DNA of 64,000 nt from the IMG/VR virus record IMGVR_UViG_3300030117_003223, positions 509 through 64,508 of that record; one strand, 5' to 3'. Each line of letters opens with the position of its first letter. The first letter of the stretch is position 1. This document shows positions 1-9,118 of the stretch, one piece after another. Source of the DNA: a virus. Its lineage: Duplodnaviria; Caudoviricetes. The translations under genes were made by a program, and so were the position numbers. The notes below the pieces were generated by a model. It did no database searches. It was not told the origin of the DNA and saw only the letters and a list, made by a program, of their open reading frames with translations.

Positions 1-701
1 TACGGGTTGACAATACGTTCTAGTTCTCGCGTGTCTGTATCAAAGATGTGAAACCCGCGAGGGTCTTCATAGTCACTCCAGTAAATCTCATATGGTGTGC
101 CAAGATAATAGATATGTCCATCATCAGACTTGTGGTGAAAGTGACCACTCATTACTATGTCAAACCTCTGAAAACTTTCTTTATCATATGCACCATCAGC
201 AAACTGCCCCTTATGCATTTCAAACCCGTTCACCTCTAGATGACCCATCGCAATCTGAGCGGGTGAACGTGATAGCGCAGTCATAGACTCATCGTAGTTG
301 TTTGCGTTTATCCAAGGAATGAACTGAATAGGAACACCATCAAACTCGACAACCTCTGGACCTGTGTAGATGTTGCACCTGTCTCTACCGACAAGTTCTT
401 CCATAGAGTTTACTTCGTTTGTGTTCTTGTAATAAGTGTCATGGTTGCCAATGATGATATGTAAGTCGATACCCAACTCTGCAAAACGATTGATGAACCG
501 TTGACGGAAATCGTTAGCAATCTTAAAACTAATAAACTTGCGTCTGTCTACTACATCACCAAGGTGAACACACGTAGTTATACCCCTCTTCTCCAACTCT
601 GGAAAAAAGATATCGTCGTAAAATTTATAGAAGTAATCATTCACATTCTGGTTATCATTACGAGCACCAAAATGAGTATCCGTTACGAGTGCGATTTTCA
701 A
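1..701 (-). CDS. gp47: Recombination endonuclease subunit (Mre11/SbcD-like), runs off the window edge
   Basis: Manual translation from TTG at 701: MKIALVTDTHFGARND...HLGDVVDRRK...IIGNHD...GHLE...SGHFHH (metallophosphoesterase motifs); follows gp55. Not in the ORF track. Confidence 0.93.
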   Translation of the reverse strand, partial: MKIALVTDTHFGARNDNQNVNDYFYKFYDDIFFPELEKRGITTCVHLGDVVDRRKFISFKIANDFRQRFINRFAELGIDLHIIIGNHDTYYKNTNEVNSMEELVGRDRCNIYTGPEVVEFDGVPIQFIPWINANNYDESMTALSRSPAQIAMGHLEVNGFEMHKGQFADGAYDKESFQRFDIVMSGHFHHKSDDGHIYYLGTPYEIYWSDYEDPRGFHIFDTDTRELERIVNP

Positions 702-1268
702 CTAATCGTATCCTCTAACTGCATCTGTTTCATCTTCTTCCATGAACCGTTCTAGACCAGACTTCTTTTTTTCTGTCTTTTTATTCTTTGGTTTGTACAC
801 ATCCTCATCGGGAAGATTATCTATAGCCCAACCCTGTGGAACTTGATAAGACCTATCATCGCTCGCCATGGTAGTCCAAGATTGATGGTCTGTTTGTTCT
901 ATAACTTTATTCTTGATGTGTGTTTGTTTTTTCTCTCTTTGAATCCTTCTGAGAAATGCGTAATAGATAATCTGTGTAAAATACGCAAATGGGTTCTTTG
1001 ATTTCTCTGGGTCAAAGTTTGACGCATACTGCAAACAATTTTCTATACCATCAGAAATCATTTCCTCTTTATATGTATAGTTAATAAAGTTAGGTCGATA
1101 TGAAAGGTGTGTTGCGATCTTTAGAAAACACTCACCAATGTAATTAGTCACAGGTGGTCTTTCTTTACCGTCACCCTCAGCGACCTTACATTTATCTTTC
1201 CACTCGGACATTGCCTGTAGAAAAACTTTGTTATCTACGTAATGCTCACCTTTTTTTCTTTTAGCCAT
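702..1268 (-). CDS. gp55: Late transcription sigma factor
   Basis: HYVDNK, YIGECFLKIATHLSYRPNFINYTY, NPFAYFTQIIYYAFLRRI. Confidence 0.95.
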   Translation of the reverse strand: MAKRKKGEHYVDNKVFLQAMSEWKDKCKVAEGDGKERPPVTNYIGECFLKIATHLSYRPNFINYTYKEEMISDGIENCLQYASNFDPEKSKNPFAYFTQIIYYAFLRRIQREKKQTHIKNKVIEQTDHQSWTTMASDDRSYQVPQGWAIDNLPDEDVYKPKNKKTEKKKSGLERFMEEDETDAVRGYD

Positions 1269-1292
1269 GACTACTCCTTATAAAGTTCTTTC

Positions 1293-1321
1293 ACAATACC
1301 ATGCGCGAGTATATTTGTCAA
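1293..1321 (-). promoter_or_regulatory. sigma70-like promoter for gp55
   Basis: TTGACA-17 nt-TATTGT with TGn extension, 25 nt above the gp55 start; AAGGAG RBS follows. Confidence 0.7.
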
Positions 1322-1335
1322 GTACCAAAGGAGAC

Positions 1336-1363
1336 TTGACATTATGAAAAATATGTGTATAAT
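1336..1363 (+). promoter_or_regulatory. Consensus sigma70 promoter facing antisense to the uvsW-region genes
   Basis: TTGACA-16 nt-TATAAT. Confidence 0.55.
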
Positions 1364-1379
1364 CAACTATGTTGAGGTT

Positions 1380-1778
1380 TCAGTGATAAATCTTATCTTC
1401 ATTATCTTCTAGTTCCTCTAGAAGTTCTTCATATAACTCTTCGTTTTCAATCTCATCTAGCTCTCCCACATCAGGTGCTTCATTTATCCATGCATCATGT
1501 GCCTGTAGACATTTTTCATAATATATGCATAGTCCGGCTGAAGCCCTCGCAGTCAAAATAATTTTTGATTTTTCAATCTCAAAATATTTTTGCTCTGTAA
1601 AAGGTTGCACCCATCTTGTGAGCGCAAGAGATTCTGTCATAGCACCTCTATTAATTTTAGGTACAACATTCATAAGCAAAGGATTACAAATCTCATAGTG
1701 CGTATCATAATCAGTCATCTCGCAGATGATGTTTTCACCACTGACTAGTTTTATGACTTTATATTCCGTATCTATCAT
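1380..1778 (-). CDS. Conserved T4-like hypothetical protein (Sm-like N-terminus)
   Basis: KVIKLVSGENIIC...NPL start, acidic tail; typical position between uvsW and gp55. Confidence 0.7.
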   Translation of the reverse strand: MIDTEYKVIKLVSGENIICEMTDYDTHYEICNPLLMNVVPKINRGAMTESLALTRWVQPFTEQKYFEIEKSKIILTARASAGLCIYYEKCLQAHDAWINEAPDVGELDEIENEELYEELLEELEDNEDKIYH

Positions 1779-3211
1779 TTTAGTTTTACCTTGCTAATTT
1801 CATAATCAAACTGTTCACTGTTGTAAATATTTAGTCGCTCTGTGAAGTGTCTCAACGTATAATTGTCTTTTCCTAAGTCATCAGCGATATCAAATATTAA
1901 AACTGAATCCTTACCTGATGATATACGCAACCCTCTCCCGATAGATTGGAGCACTCGTATTTTTGATTTTGATGGACTGGCGAGCACGATATTATTAATG
2001 TTGCGAATATTAATCCCAGTAGAAAAAGTACCGTAGCTTGCAATGGTAGTAGATGATATGGAGTTATCAACAATACCACGAATTTCTTCACGCTGTTCAG
2101 CGCTCGTTGCACCATAGACAAAATGGACATTTTCTTTCCCCTTCATTCCCTCATATAGAACTTTACCATGTTTCTCTACTAACTGAAACAAACATAGAGT
2201 ATTCCCATTAAGATGCTGTAAAAGATTACAGCAAAAATCAATTCTTTTTTTGTTGGTAACAATATAATCCAACTCTTCAGCATAAGTCATCTTTTCTCTA
2301 ATATTAGGATGTTTAAGAACTATACACTTTATTTTGAGATTTGCAAGTGACTTGCTTTCTATAAGTTTTTTAGTTGACGTAACTTTTTCTACAGGACCAA
2401 ACAATCCCTCCAATACAAGTCTATGTGTCTGTGTCCCATCAAGTGTGCCCGTAAATCCAAACCTGTATTTACAACCATGCAGTTTGGTCATGATTCCTGT
2501 GAGAGACTTTGCCTTAAACATATGTGCCTCGTCACCAATCACACACCCAAACTGCTCAAAGTATTTTTTGGGCATCTTATATAAAGATTGCCACGTTGAT
2601 ATCACAACATCTCTCTCTACCTTTGTTGTATATCCCTGATATACTTTCTGACAATAAGTTCTGGGTGACCATCCGTAATCTTCAAAGTCACTGTACATCT
2701 GCTCCACCAGAGAAGTGGTGGGAACCAGAATGAGTGTCTTGAGTCCTGCCATGTGGTAGTAACGAACTAATGAATATATTATAAGTGATTTACCAGATGC
2801 AGTAGGACTAAGAATGAGGGCACGATCCACTCCAACGGCATGAGAGAAAGCTTGAATTTGGTAATCTCGTACTTTGATGGATTTACCTTGCGATTTGGGT
2901 TTGAGACTTTTGATAAACCCTCTAGAGACCGTATCCACAACATTCCGCTCATTTCTTACTCCCTCTTCTAATTTATATTCTATGTTGTTATCACCACAGT
3001 ATTTTATGATGTAGTCAAGAAGTCCAACATATATCTCACCATTTGCAGGCGAGAAAAGTCTTATCTTACCATCCCAAATACGTTTACGATACATGGGCAT
3101 GAACTTAGCGCCAGGCACTTCAAACGTAAAGAACTCAGTAAGTTCACGTCGAGTAGATTCAGACATGCCATCTAGTATTAGATAGACTTCATTCTTTTTA
3201 GATATGTGCAT
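1775..3211 (-). CDS. uvsW: UvsW helicase
   Basis: WDGKIRLFS, SPTASGKS (Walker A), GDEAH, TGT, LQSIGRGLR; likely start MHISKKNEVY at 3211. Confidence 0.96.
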   Translation of the reverse strand: MHISKKNEVYLILDGMSESTRRELTEFFTFEVPGAKFMPMYRKRIWDGKIRLFSPANGEIYVGLLDYIIKYCGDNNIEYKLEEGVRNERNVVDTVSRGFIKSLKPKSQGKSIKVRDYQIQAFSHAVGVDRALILSPTASGKSLIIYSLVRYYHMAGLKTLILVPTTSLVEQMYSDFEDYGWSPRTYCQKVYQGYTTKVERDVVISTWQSLYKMPKKYFEQFGCVIGDEAHMFKAKSLTGIMTKLHGCKYRFGFTGTLDGTQTHRLVLEGLFGPVEKVTSTKKLIESKSLANLKIKCIVLKHPNIREKMTYAEELDYIVTNKKRIDFCCNLLQHLNGNTLCLFQLVEKHGKVLYEGMKGKENVHFVYGATSAEQREEIRGIVDNSISSTTIASYGTFSTGINIRNINNIVLASPSKSKIRVLQSIGRGLRISSGKDSVLIFDIADDLGKDNYTLRHFTERLNIYNSEQFDYEISKVKLK

Positions 3212-3794
3212 TTTGTAATGTGTTTGGTTCACCATATTCACCGCGAACTAATATGTTCCATGATATACTCATACGGTCCTCTGGGGTAGGGGGAACCCAA
3301 TGCATGAGCCAAGATGGAAAGATAAGTGCAGAGTTTACCTGAGATTTAAATTCCACCATACTTGAGTTGTCGGCATTTGGTGTATTTCTGGGTTTAAAAT
3401 ATGATGCACTTGGTCTTGGGTCAAAAAATTGAATTGGTGACCCGCTCTTCAAATAGTATACTCCAGATAAAATATTATTAGAGTGTGTATGGGGTGCATG
3501 AGATTCTCCCTTTTTTAATTCATTACCCCACATGTTAGTCATCTCAACACTGTCAAATTCGTACCCATCTCTTTTTAATATTTGGTCAGTCAATACCATA
3601 ATTTGATTTACAAGTGGTTTGAAAAATGATATTTTATGGAGAGTATCGTCTCTAGTAGTTGGTCCACCTTCATCCCAACCATTACAACACTTCTTAATAT
3701 AGTTTGTCATATGTTTTCTATCATACTCACTCAAATCCAGAAGCAGCACATGAATGTTTGTTGGAAAACACTTGTGTGTAATTACATCAACCAT
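3198..3794 (-). CDS. Putative 2OG-Fe(II) oxygenase (TIGR02466-like)
   Basis: HAPHTHSNNILSGVYY, FFDPRP, LIFPSWLMHWV, RMSISWN. Confidence 0.85.
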   Translation of the reverse strand: MVDVITHKCFPTNIHVLLLDLSEYDRKHMTNYIKKCCNGWDEGGPTTRDDTLHKISFFKPLVNQIMVLTDQILKRDGYEFDSVEMTNMWGNELKKGESHAPHTHSNNILSGVYYLKSGSPIQFFDPRPSASYFKPRNTPNADNSSMVEFKSQVNSALIFPSWLMHWVPPTPEDRMSISWNILVRGEYGEPNTLQNAHI

Positions 3795-4342
3795 GATACG
3801 ATACTCCATCTAGTTCCTTTTGTGACAACCTCTGCTCCATGCGGGAACATAAAATTAGATGGGAACACTACAGAAGACCTAGCTTTAGGTTTGATTCTCT
3901 TAGTCGCGACTGTAAATTCGCCTCCCTCATAATCATCGTTTAGATACAACAAAACAGTCGCGTGTGGATATCCGTAGTGTTGTCCATGACTATGATGAAT
4001 GCTATCATAATGTTTAGACATAAATCCTCCCTCTGAGTATCGGTTAATGCGAAAGTCAGTAACGTGTTGCACAGAAAAATATGGATGGTCTGCCATGTAC
4101 ATTTCTATAGAATCTATAAAACACTTTTTAAGGGGTTCATATAATTCGTGTGTATTACGAATCCAAAACTCATCCATATTTACTCGTTCATTAGAATCCT
4201 CTAAAGATAAATTACTACCATCTCTTGCAAATCCAGATTTTTCAAAATTAAGATTTGATTTCATAACCCTGTCAGATAGACTTTGGGAAACTACGTTTGT
4301 ATACACTCCAATAAACTTTGAAATATTATAATCAATGTCCAT
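3782..4342 (-). CDS. 2OG-Fe(II) oxygenase, prolyl-4-hydroxylase-like
   Basis: HYD, LLYLNDDYEGGEF, FPSNFMFPH, GTRWSIVSW. Confidence 0.88.
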   Translation of the reverse strand: MDIDYNISKFIGVYTNVVSQSLSDRVMKSNLNFEKSGFARDGSNLSLEDSNERVNMDEFWIRNTHELYEPLKKCFIDSIEMYMADHPYFSVQHVTDFRINRYSEGGFMSKHYDSIHHSHGQHYGYPHATVLLYLNDDYEGGEFTVATKRIKPKARSSVVFPSNFMFPHGAEVVTKGTRWSIVSWLM

Positions 4343-4607
4343 TATCACACACCTTTAAACATATATCTGGCCATTCGTCTTCTTTGTTCTCTATAACGTC
4401 GAAGAAATTTATCCACTCATCTGAAAATATTATCTCTTCAATTGAGTCAACGTTATCAATTTTTAGTCTCTCTTTATATAGAGAGGATATCAAACCGTGT
4501 TTGGGGTCACTCCCATCGTTGACACGGGTATAACAACAGGGTAATATATAACCTGATGGATGTTGACTTAAAGAACAATCTCGCTCAAGACACTCTGGTT
4601 TTTTCAT
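4332..4607 (-). CDS. Stand-alone SPASM/Twitch-like Fe-S domain
   Basis: C...GYILPCC...W..F...CLKVC; ATGA-coupled to the radical SAM gene. Confidence 0.7.
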   Translation of the reverse strand: MKKPECLERDCSLSQHPSGYILPCCYTRVNDGSDPKHGLISSLYKERLKIDNVDSIEEIIFSDEWINFFDVIENKEDEWPDICLKVCDNGH

Positions 4608-5155
4608 GTCGGACCACTTTTAAAAGTTCTGGGTTCTCTAGTTAAAAAGGTCATACCCTTTGATAACGACTTAGCTTCTTTAATATGGTCTTTATTATAA
4701 TCAAACACTAGGTATTGCCACACCACGTTCATCCCCATATCAACAGCCATCTTCATTACTTCAAAAAGTTTTACACCATCTTGATTAACTCTGTACTTAT
4801 GACTCTCCTCTGGTAGTCCATCTAAACCAAAATACCAAGTTGCATTTGGGTTAGCATTGAACGCTTTAACATACCAATCCATACTTTTATGAGAGGCAGC
4901 ATTGTGAACTGTAACCACTTTATTTTTGCAGTAGTTTAAAAACTCAATAAATTTTGGATGAAATACAGGGTCAGATACACCACCACAAAATTCTAACCCA
5001 TCAAAAAAATTACAGACCTTTACAAAATCCTCAAAGGGCATATCCTGACCATGTATATGCCAACCAAGATTTTTATAAATGGTTCTTCTACACTCTGGAC
5101 ATGCAAGGGTGCATCTTGTAGTTATGTCAAGATTTATTTTTCGGCGGTCAATCAT
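4604..5155 (-). CDS. Radical SAM protein (no fused SPASM)
   Basis: CTLACPEC (CxxxCxxC), CGGVSDP, FGLDGL, WQYLVFDYN. Confidence 0.88.
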   Translation of the reverse strand: MIDRRKINLDITTRCTLACPECRRTIYKNLGWHIHGQDMPFEDFVKVCNFFDGLEFCGGVSDPVFHPKFIEFLNYCKNKVVTVHNAASHKSMDWYVKAFNANPNATWYFGLDGLPEESHKYRVNQDGVKLFEVMKMAVDMGMNVVWQYLVFDYNKDHIKEAKSLSKGMTFLTREPRTFKSGPT

Positions 5156-5159
5156 AAAC

Positions 5160-5591
5160 TTAGATCATTCCTGCCTCAAACTTCTTCCAATCAGTTGCGT
5201 TACGAATGTCCCACCCACGATTATCAATAGACTTAATAACGCCCTTACAATAATCTACACATGACTCAAAATATCCAATCTTATTTTGTATTCGTAGGAT
5301 ATCATCATCTGACTGTATGTACATCTGTAAGTCTGTCTTCATAACTTTTATGTCGAATGGTTTCGCGGCATAGACCTTTGCATCTGCCTTACCACCATAG
5401 TACTCCCACTTCTCACGGTACATCTGTTGGTGGTCTGTTCTCGCTTTGATAAGTAACAGTTCAAACTCAGATTTCAAGTCTAACCATTTTTGTTTAATCA
5501 TTTGATTCTTGAAAGATTCCTGATCTATATGTTCTTGATCAGTTATTGGTAGGTCTTCTTTTGCAATTTGTTTTAGAGTTTCTAAATCCAT
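5160..5591 (-). CDS. uvsY: UvsY recombination mediator
   Basis: KWEYYGGKADAKVY..KPFD, IDNRGWDIRNATDW; upstream of uvsW. Confidence 0.92.
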   Translation of the reverse strand: MDLETLKQIAKEDLPITDQEHIDQESFKNQMIKQKWLDLKSEFELLLIKARTDHQQMYREKWEYYGGKADAKVYAAKPFDIKVMKTDLQMYIQSDDDILRIQNKIGYFESCVDYCKGVIKSIDNRGWDIRNATDWKKFEAGMI

Positions 5592-5605
5592 TATATCTCC
5601 ATGAT

Positions 5606-5726
5606 AAAAAAAGTGAGCAGAGTTGATTACTCTCCTTGTGTATATTGACCCTAGTGAGGCTGCCGAGTAGTCACTAGATAATTAAGTCTCAGATTTAATA
5701 AATGTTAAAGTTTATCGCATCTGCTC
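5606..5726 (-). ncRNA. Candidate structured late small RNA or structured uvsY leader
   Basis: TATAAATA directly upstream; GAGCAGA pairs with TCTGCTC, then U7; internal CTAGTGA/TCACTAG stem; no convincing ORF. Confidence 0.5.
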
Positions 5727-5731
5727 GTTTC

Positions 5732-5739
5732 TATTTATA
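5732..5739 (-). promoter_or_regulatory. T4-type late promoter
   Basis: TATAAATA. Confidence 0.75.
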
Positions 5740-6330
5740 TTAACTAATCGCTTCAATCTCATAAATTGAATATGCAAAAGTTGCGCTAACTGAAACATAC
5801 TCAACGTCCGTAGCTGCTTGAGTAAAATCCAATGCGTCTAGAGAGGTGGGATATAAGTCACGAAAGAAAACGTTAGCAACAGGATTGTTTTTATTTGAAA
5901 GAATTGTTAGAGACGCATCAGAGAACATTCCTCTCACGGCGGTTGCTGGTTGCACGTCACCGATATCTGTGCTTGTGCCTACTGTCGTAGATGGTGTTGC
6001 AGATGTAGTTGTACGAAAGTTTTTAAACTGATCTGTACTTTTTGGGAAACCAATCGCAGTAATCCACTCATGTATAGATAGATAGTTTTCTAAAAATTCA
6101 TCACAAATAAATGATATCTGCAATGGGTCAAACGTAACTTTGTCTCCCATCATTGGTAGGTCAACAAGTCTTGTTGGTGAAAATGAATTACCCATGCTGA
6201 TGGATGGAACCTGTGCAGACACAGTAAAAAACTCCACCTTTGGAAGTTGGTGAATATTAAACTTAAACTGTGTTGGACTCAGATAGTCTAATTTATCAGG
6301 TTGTCGTTCTATTGCTGCGGTTATTGCCAT
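5740..6330 (-). CDS. gp3: Tail completion / sheath stabilizer
   Basis: YLSPTQFKF..LPKVEFF, DEFLENYLSIHEW, SDASLTIL, F.DLYPTSL; follows gp23; start corrected to ATG 6330. Confidence 0.85.
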   Translation of the reverse strand: MAITAAIERQPDKLDYLSPTQFKFNIHQLPKVEFFTVSAQVPSISMGNSFSPTRLVDLPMMGDKVTFDPLQISFICDEFLENYLSIHEWITAIGFPKSTDQFKNFRTTTSATPSTTVGTSTDIGDVQPATAVRGMFSDASLTILSNKNNPVANVFFRDLYPTSLDALDFTQAATDVEYVSVSATFAYSIYEIEAIS

Positions 6331-6335
6331 AATAG

Positions 6336-6343
6336 TATTTATA
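6336..6343 (-). promoter_or_regulatory. T4-type late promoter for gp3
   Basis: TATAAATA 5 nt before the ATG. Confidence 0.75.
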
Positions 6344-6345
6344 AG

Positions 6346-6374
6346 AAAAAGGGAGTGCCCTTTCGGACACTCCC
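6346..6374 (-). terminator. Intrinsic terminator after gp23
   Basis: GGGAGTGTCC-GAAA-GGGCACTCCC followed by TTTTT. Confidence 0.9.
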
Positions 6375-6405
6375 CAAGTTTCCCCACAAACTTTTTTTGT
6401 TATTA

Positions 6406-7746
6406 TTACATAAGGTTTGTGACTTTAACGCGACGATACCAAGCGTTGGTGTTTGCATCCAGTGAAGCATCGGTGTTAACCGTATCACCAGCAGAAACCG
6501 CTCCGGCAGCAGCAAACGGGTTTGCAGCCATTCCGTAACGGGTTTTGAAACCAATCTTGGGCTGGAAGGAATTCTCACCAACCGCACGGACCATTTGCAG
6601 AGGTACGTATGGGCAGTAGAAGAAACCAGCATCATAAGGAGAAGTACCCTTATAACCGCAAACGTAGTACTGAGAAGCAGCAACGTTAGCAGAATACGGG
6701 TCAACGTATACCTTATAACGACCATTCATCACACCAGCGAATGTATTCGCAGTGTCATCAACGTTCAGTGAGTTGTTGAGAGCAGGCGTGTAATCAAGAA
6801 CACCAGCCATCTGAAGTGCAGAAGCAACATCAGCGGAGCAGATGATCATGTTACCCTTACCGCGACGAGTCTGTTGACCAATCGCATTGGCATCACGCTC
6901 AATCTGGAACATCAGACCCTTGAACTTCTCAACTGACCAACGTCCGTTGGAGTCTGTGTCAAGGTCAAAGATACCAGCAGTTGTCGTATTAACCTGAGCA
7001 CCTTTAACAGCGGTGACATACAGGGAACGAATAACTTCACGGTTGATTTCAGCAAGGATTTCTGTGGACAGAATGTTGCTGAGTTCTGTCTCGGCATCAA
7101 GACCGTGAATTGCTTTAAGGTCTTGTGCGAGTTCCATCGTGTACTCTGCCTTGAGTGCGCGAGACACGGCGGTAACCGTGGATTTTTCGATTGAGAACGC
7201 CATCTGTGCGAAAGCGTTACTACCACTGTCACCAAGTGCTTCCGCCTCAGAACGTGTCATACCTGTGGCACTTACATACGTACCAGCAGAAGGACTGTCG
7301 TTCAGAACGGCAGGGTTGGTTTCCGTAGCACCAACATCACCACCACCGATTGTACCGGCAGCGTTCTGGTTGGAGATATCGGGCATCGCTTCGTCAACGA
7401 GGGCTTCCGCACCATCCTGAGATGTGAATGAAGAACGCATCGCGAAGATTAGACCCGTTGGACCTGTCATCGGCTGCACACCACATACGTCATACGCAAT
7501 CAGGTTAGGCATTGCACGACGAACTAGGGAAATAAGAATTGGATCCCATGTGTCCAACTGTCCACCACCCATGCTGTTGACAGGAGCGGCTTCAGATAAG
7601 AAAGCAGCGTCTTCTTTAGACGCCTTCTCTTGGTTTTCTAGAATAAGAGTTGTAACGGCGCGCTTGTAGGAATCCTCAATCTTGGGAAGATCAGGATGCT
7701 CAAGAACTGGTTGCCACTTCTCTTGTAGATGTTCTGTTTGAAACAT
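6406..7746 (-). CDS. gp23: Major capsid protein
   Basis: LISLVRRAMPNLIAYDVCGVQPMTGPTGLIFAMR, FYCPYVPLQ, FQPKIGFKTRYG. Confidence 0.98.
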   Translation of the reverse strand: MFQTEHLQEKWQPVLEHPDLPKIEDSYKRAVTTLILENQEKASKEDAAFLSEAAPVNSMGGGQLDTWDPILISLVRRAMPNLIAYDVCGVQPMTGPTGLIFAMRSSFTSQDGAEALVDEAMPDISNQNAAGTIGGGDVGATETNPAVLNDSPSAGTYVSATGMTRSEAEALGDSGSNAFAQMAFSIEKSTVTAVSRALKAEYTMELAQDLKAIHGLDAETELSNILSTEILAEINREVIRSLYVTAVKGAQVNTTTAGIFDLDTDSNGRWSVEKFKGLMFQIERDANAIGQQTRRGKGNMIICSADVASALQMAGVLDYTPALNNSLNVDDTANTFAGVMNGRYKVYVDPYSANVAASQYYVCGYKGTSPYDAGFFYCPYVPLQMVRAVGENSFQPKIGFKTRYGMAANPFAAAGAVSAGDTVNTDASLDANTNAWYRRVKVTNLM

Positions 7747-7784
7747 TTGTTTCTCCTTTTTTATTACATCTAAATGGTTTTATA

Positions 7785-9068
7785 TTATGATGCGCGAGCC
7801 TTGTCGCGAGTAATCGCAGAGAGATATTTCTCCATTGATGCACTCACTTCAATGTCCTGAGCTGCGCTGTCATGGTCATTATCAATAACTTGTTCAGTTG
7901 ACTCCTCAACACCAACCTTCGGGAAATAATTCTCTTTGATTGTGTCGAGTTTCACACGGAACGATTCTTCATCACTGAATTCTACGTCCTGTACGAGAGT
8001 CTGGAACTTTTCAACTTCTGTGTCAGTAAGGTCTTCTGAGACCTCAACAACAACATGTTCACGAACAAGTTCACCATTCTTATCTTTAAGAACGATATTC
8101 TGTTCAAGAACCTCATTTACTTTCTCTTCTAGTTCTGCAATCTTATCAGACTGAGCACCTAGTACGTCATACTTTTCGTCAGGAACGTCAATGTAATGAT
8201 CCTCGAAAAGTTGCTTCAGACCAGAGATGAAGTCTTCTGCGATTTCACCTTTGAGTCCACGCTCGATTGCGAGTTCATTTTCTTTTGTCCACTCCTCAAC
8301 AACGTAATTGAGATAAGTATCAATTTTGTCAGTCATGTCCTCTTTGGCTTCCTCAAGTTTGGCATCAAACTCATCAACGGTTGCCTGATAGAGACGAGAA
8401 ATTTCATCGCGTGTCTTAGACTTGACTGCTGCCTCGAAGATTGTGGCTGCTTTGTCTTTGAAGTCTTCGGAAAGGTCTTCACCTTCCACAAGAGCGTCAA
8501 CATCTTCTTTGACATTGATAGTCTTGATTTTCTCTTCAATCTCAGCCTTCGCCGCTTCGAGTTTCTTCAACTCTGCCGCAGCTTCTTCGTCCATCTTATC
8601 GTGCGCTCCTTCTGGGTGCATCGCAGACATGATGTCACCATAAGCAGCTTTGAGGTCTTTCGCCTTCATATTTTCCATTTCTTTGTACATTGCCGTCAAC
8701 ATTTCCATTTTTGTACGTGGCATAGCGGCTTCTTCGATTACCTCTTCATCACTTTCGTGATCTTCTTTAACCTTTTTAACCTTTTTCATGGGTTCGGCAG
8801 GTTTCTCACCTTTTTGCTGGGCATCACCACTGATTTCATCAGCACCATCGGCTGCGACATCAGTAGGTGAGTCCTTTGCTTCGGGTTCGACTACAGGTTC
8901 ACCACCATCTTCGACTTCTCCGCCTGGTGTGACCTTATCGACCTTCTTTTTTCCTTCTGCTGGAGCCGCACCCTTCATCTGGGGGTCGCTCTTAGCGTGC
9001 TGTCCTTCTTCAAGTTCAGCGAGCACTTCCGCCTCCAACTCTTCAATTGTTTGTTCTAGTTCTGACAT
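7785..9068 (-). CDS. gp22: Prohead core scaffolding protein
   Basis: Acidic; LSEDFKDKAATIFEAAV, YLNYVVEEW, LKQLFEDHYIDVP; between gp21 and gp23. Confidence 0.93.
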   Translation of the reverse strand: MSELEQTIEELEAEVLAELEEGQHAKSDPQMKGAAPAEGKKKVDKVTPGGEVEDGGEPVVEPEAKDSPTDVAADGADEISGDAQQKGEKPAEPMKKVKKVKEDHESDEEVIEEAAMPRTKMEMLTAMYKEMENMKAKDLKAAYGDIMSAMHPEGAHDKMDEEAAAELKKLEAAKAEIEEKIKTINVKEDVDALVEGEDLSEDFKDKAATIFEAAVKSKTRDEISRLYQATVDEFDAKLEEAKEDMTDKIDTYLNYVVEEWTKENELAIERGLKGEIAEDFISGLKQLFEDHYIDVPDEKYDVLGAQSDKIAELEEKVNEVLEQNIVLKDKNGELVREHVVVEVSEDLTDTEVEKFQTLVQDVEFSDEESFRVKLDTIKENYFPKVGVEESTEQVIDNDHDSAAQDIEVSASMEKYLSAITRDKARAS

Positions 9069-9107
9069 AGGATGCCTCCTTTTTGCAGTAATACAATTAC
9101 TAATATT

Positions 9108-9115
9108 TATTTATA
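9108..9115 (-). promoter_or_regulatory. T4-type late promoter for gp22-gp23
   Basis: TATAAATA, AGGAGG RBS downstream. Confidence 0.75.
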
Positions 9116-9118
9116 AAA

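Noticed and set aside
4595-4615. Programmed frameshift joining radical SAM and SPASM
   Set aside because: No canonical in-frame slippery heptamer, and the paralogous junction has a different frame offset.
6331-6387. N-terminal extension of gp3 in the track
   Set aside because: Runs through the gp23 terminator and the late promoter.
5740-7746. No gp24 after gp23 (and no lysozyme domain in gp5)
   Set aside because: Usual for marine T4-like phages; not novel.
8196-8870. 224-aa plus-strand ORF
   Set aside because: Antisense shadow of gp22; no recognisable motif.
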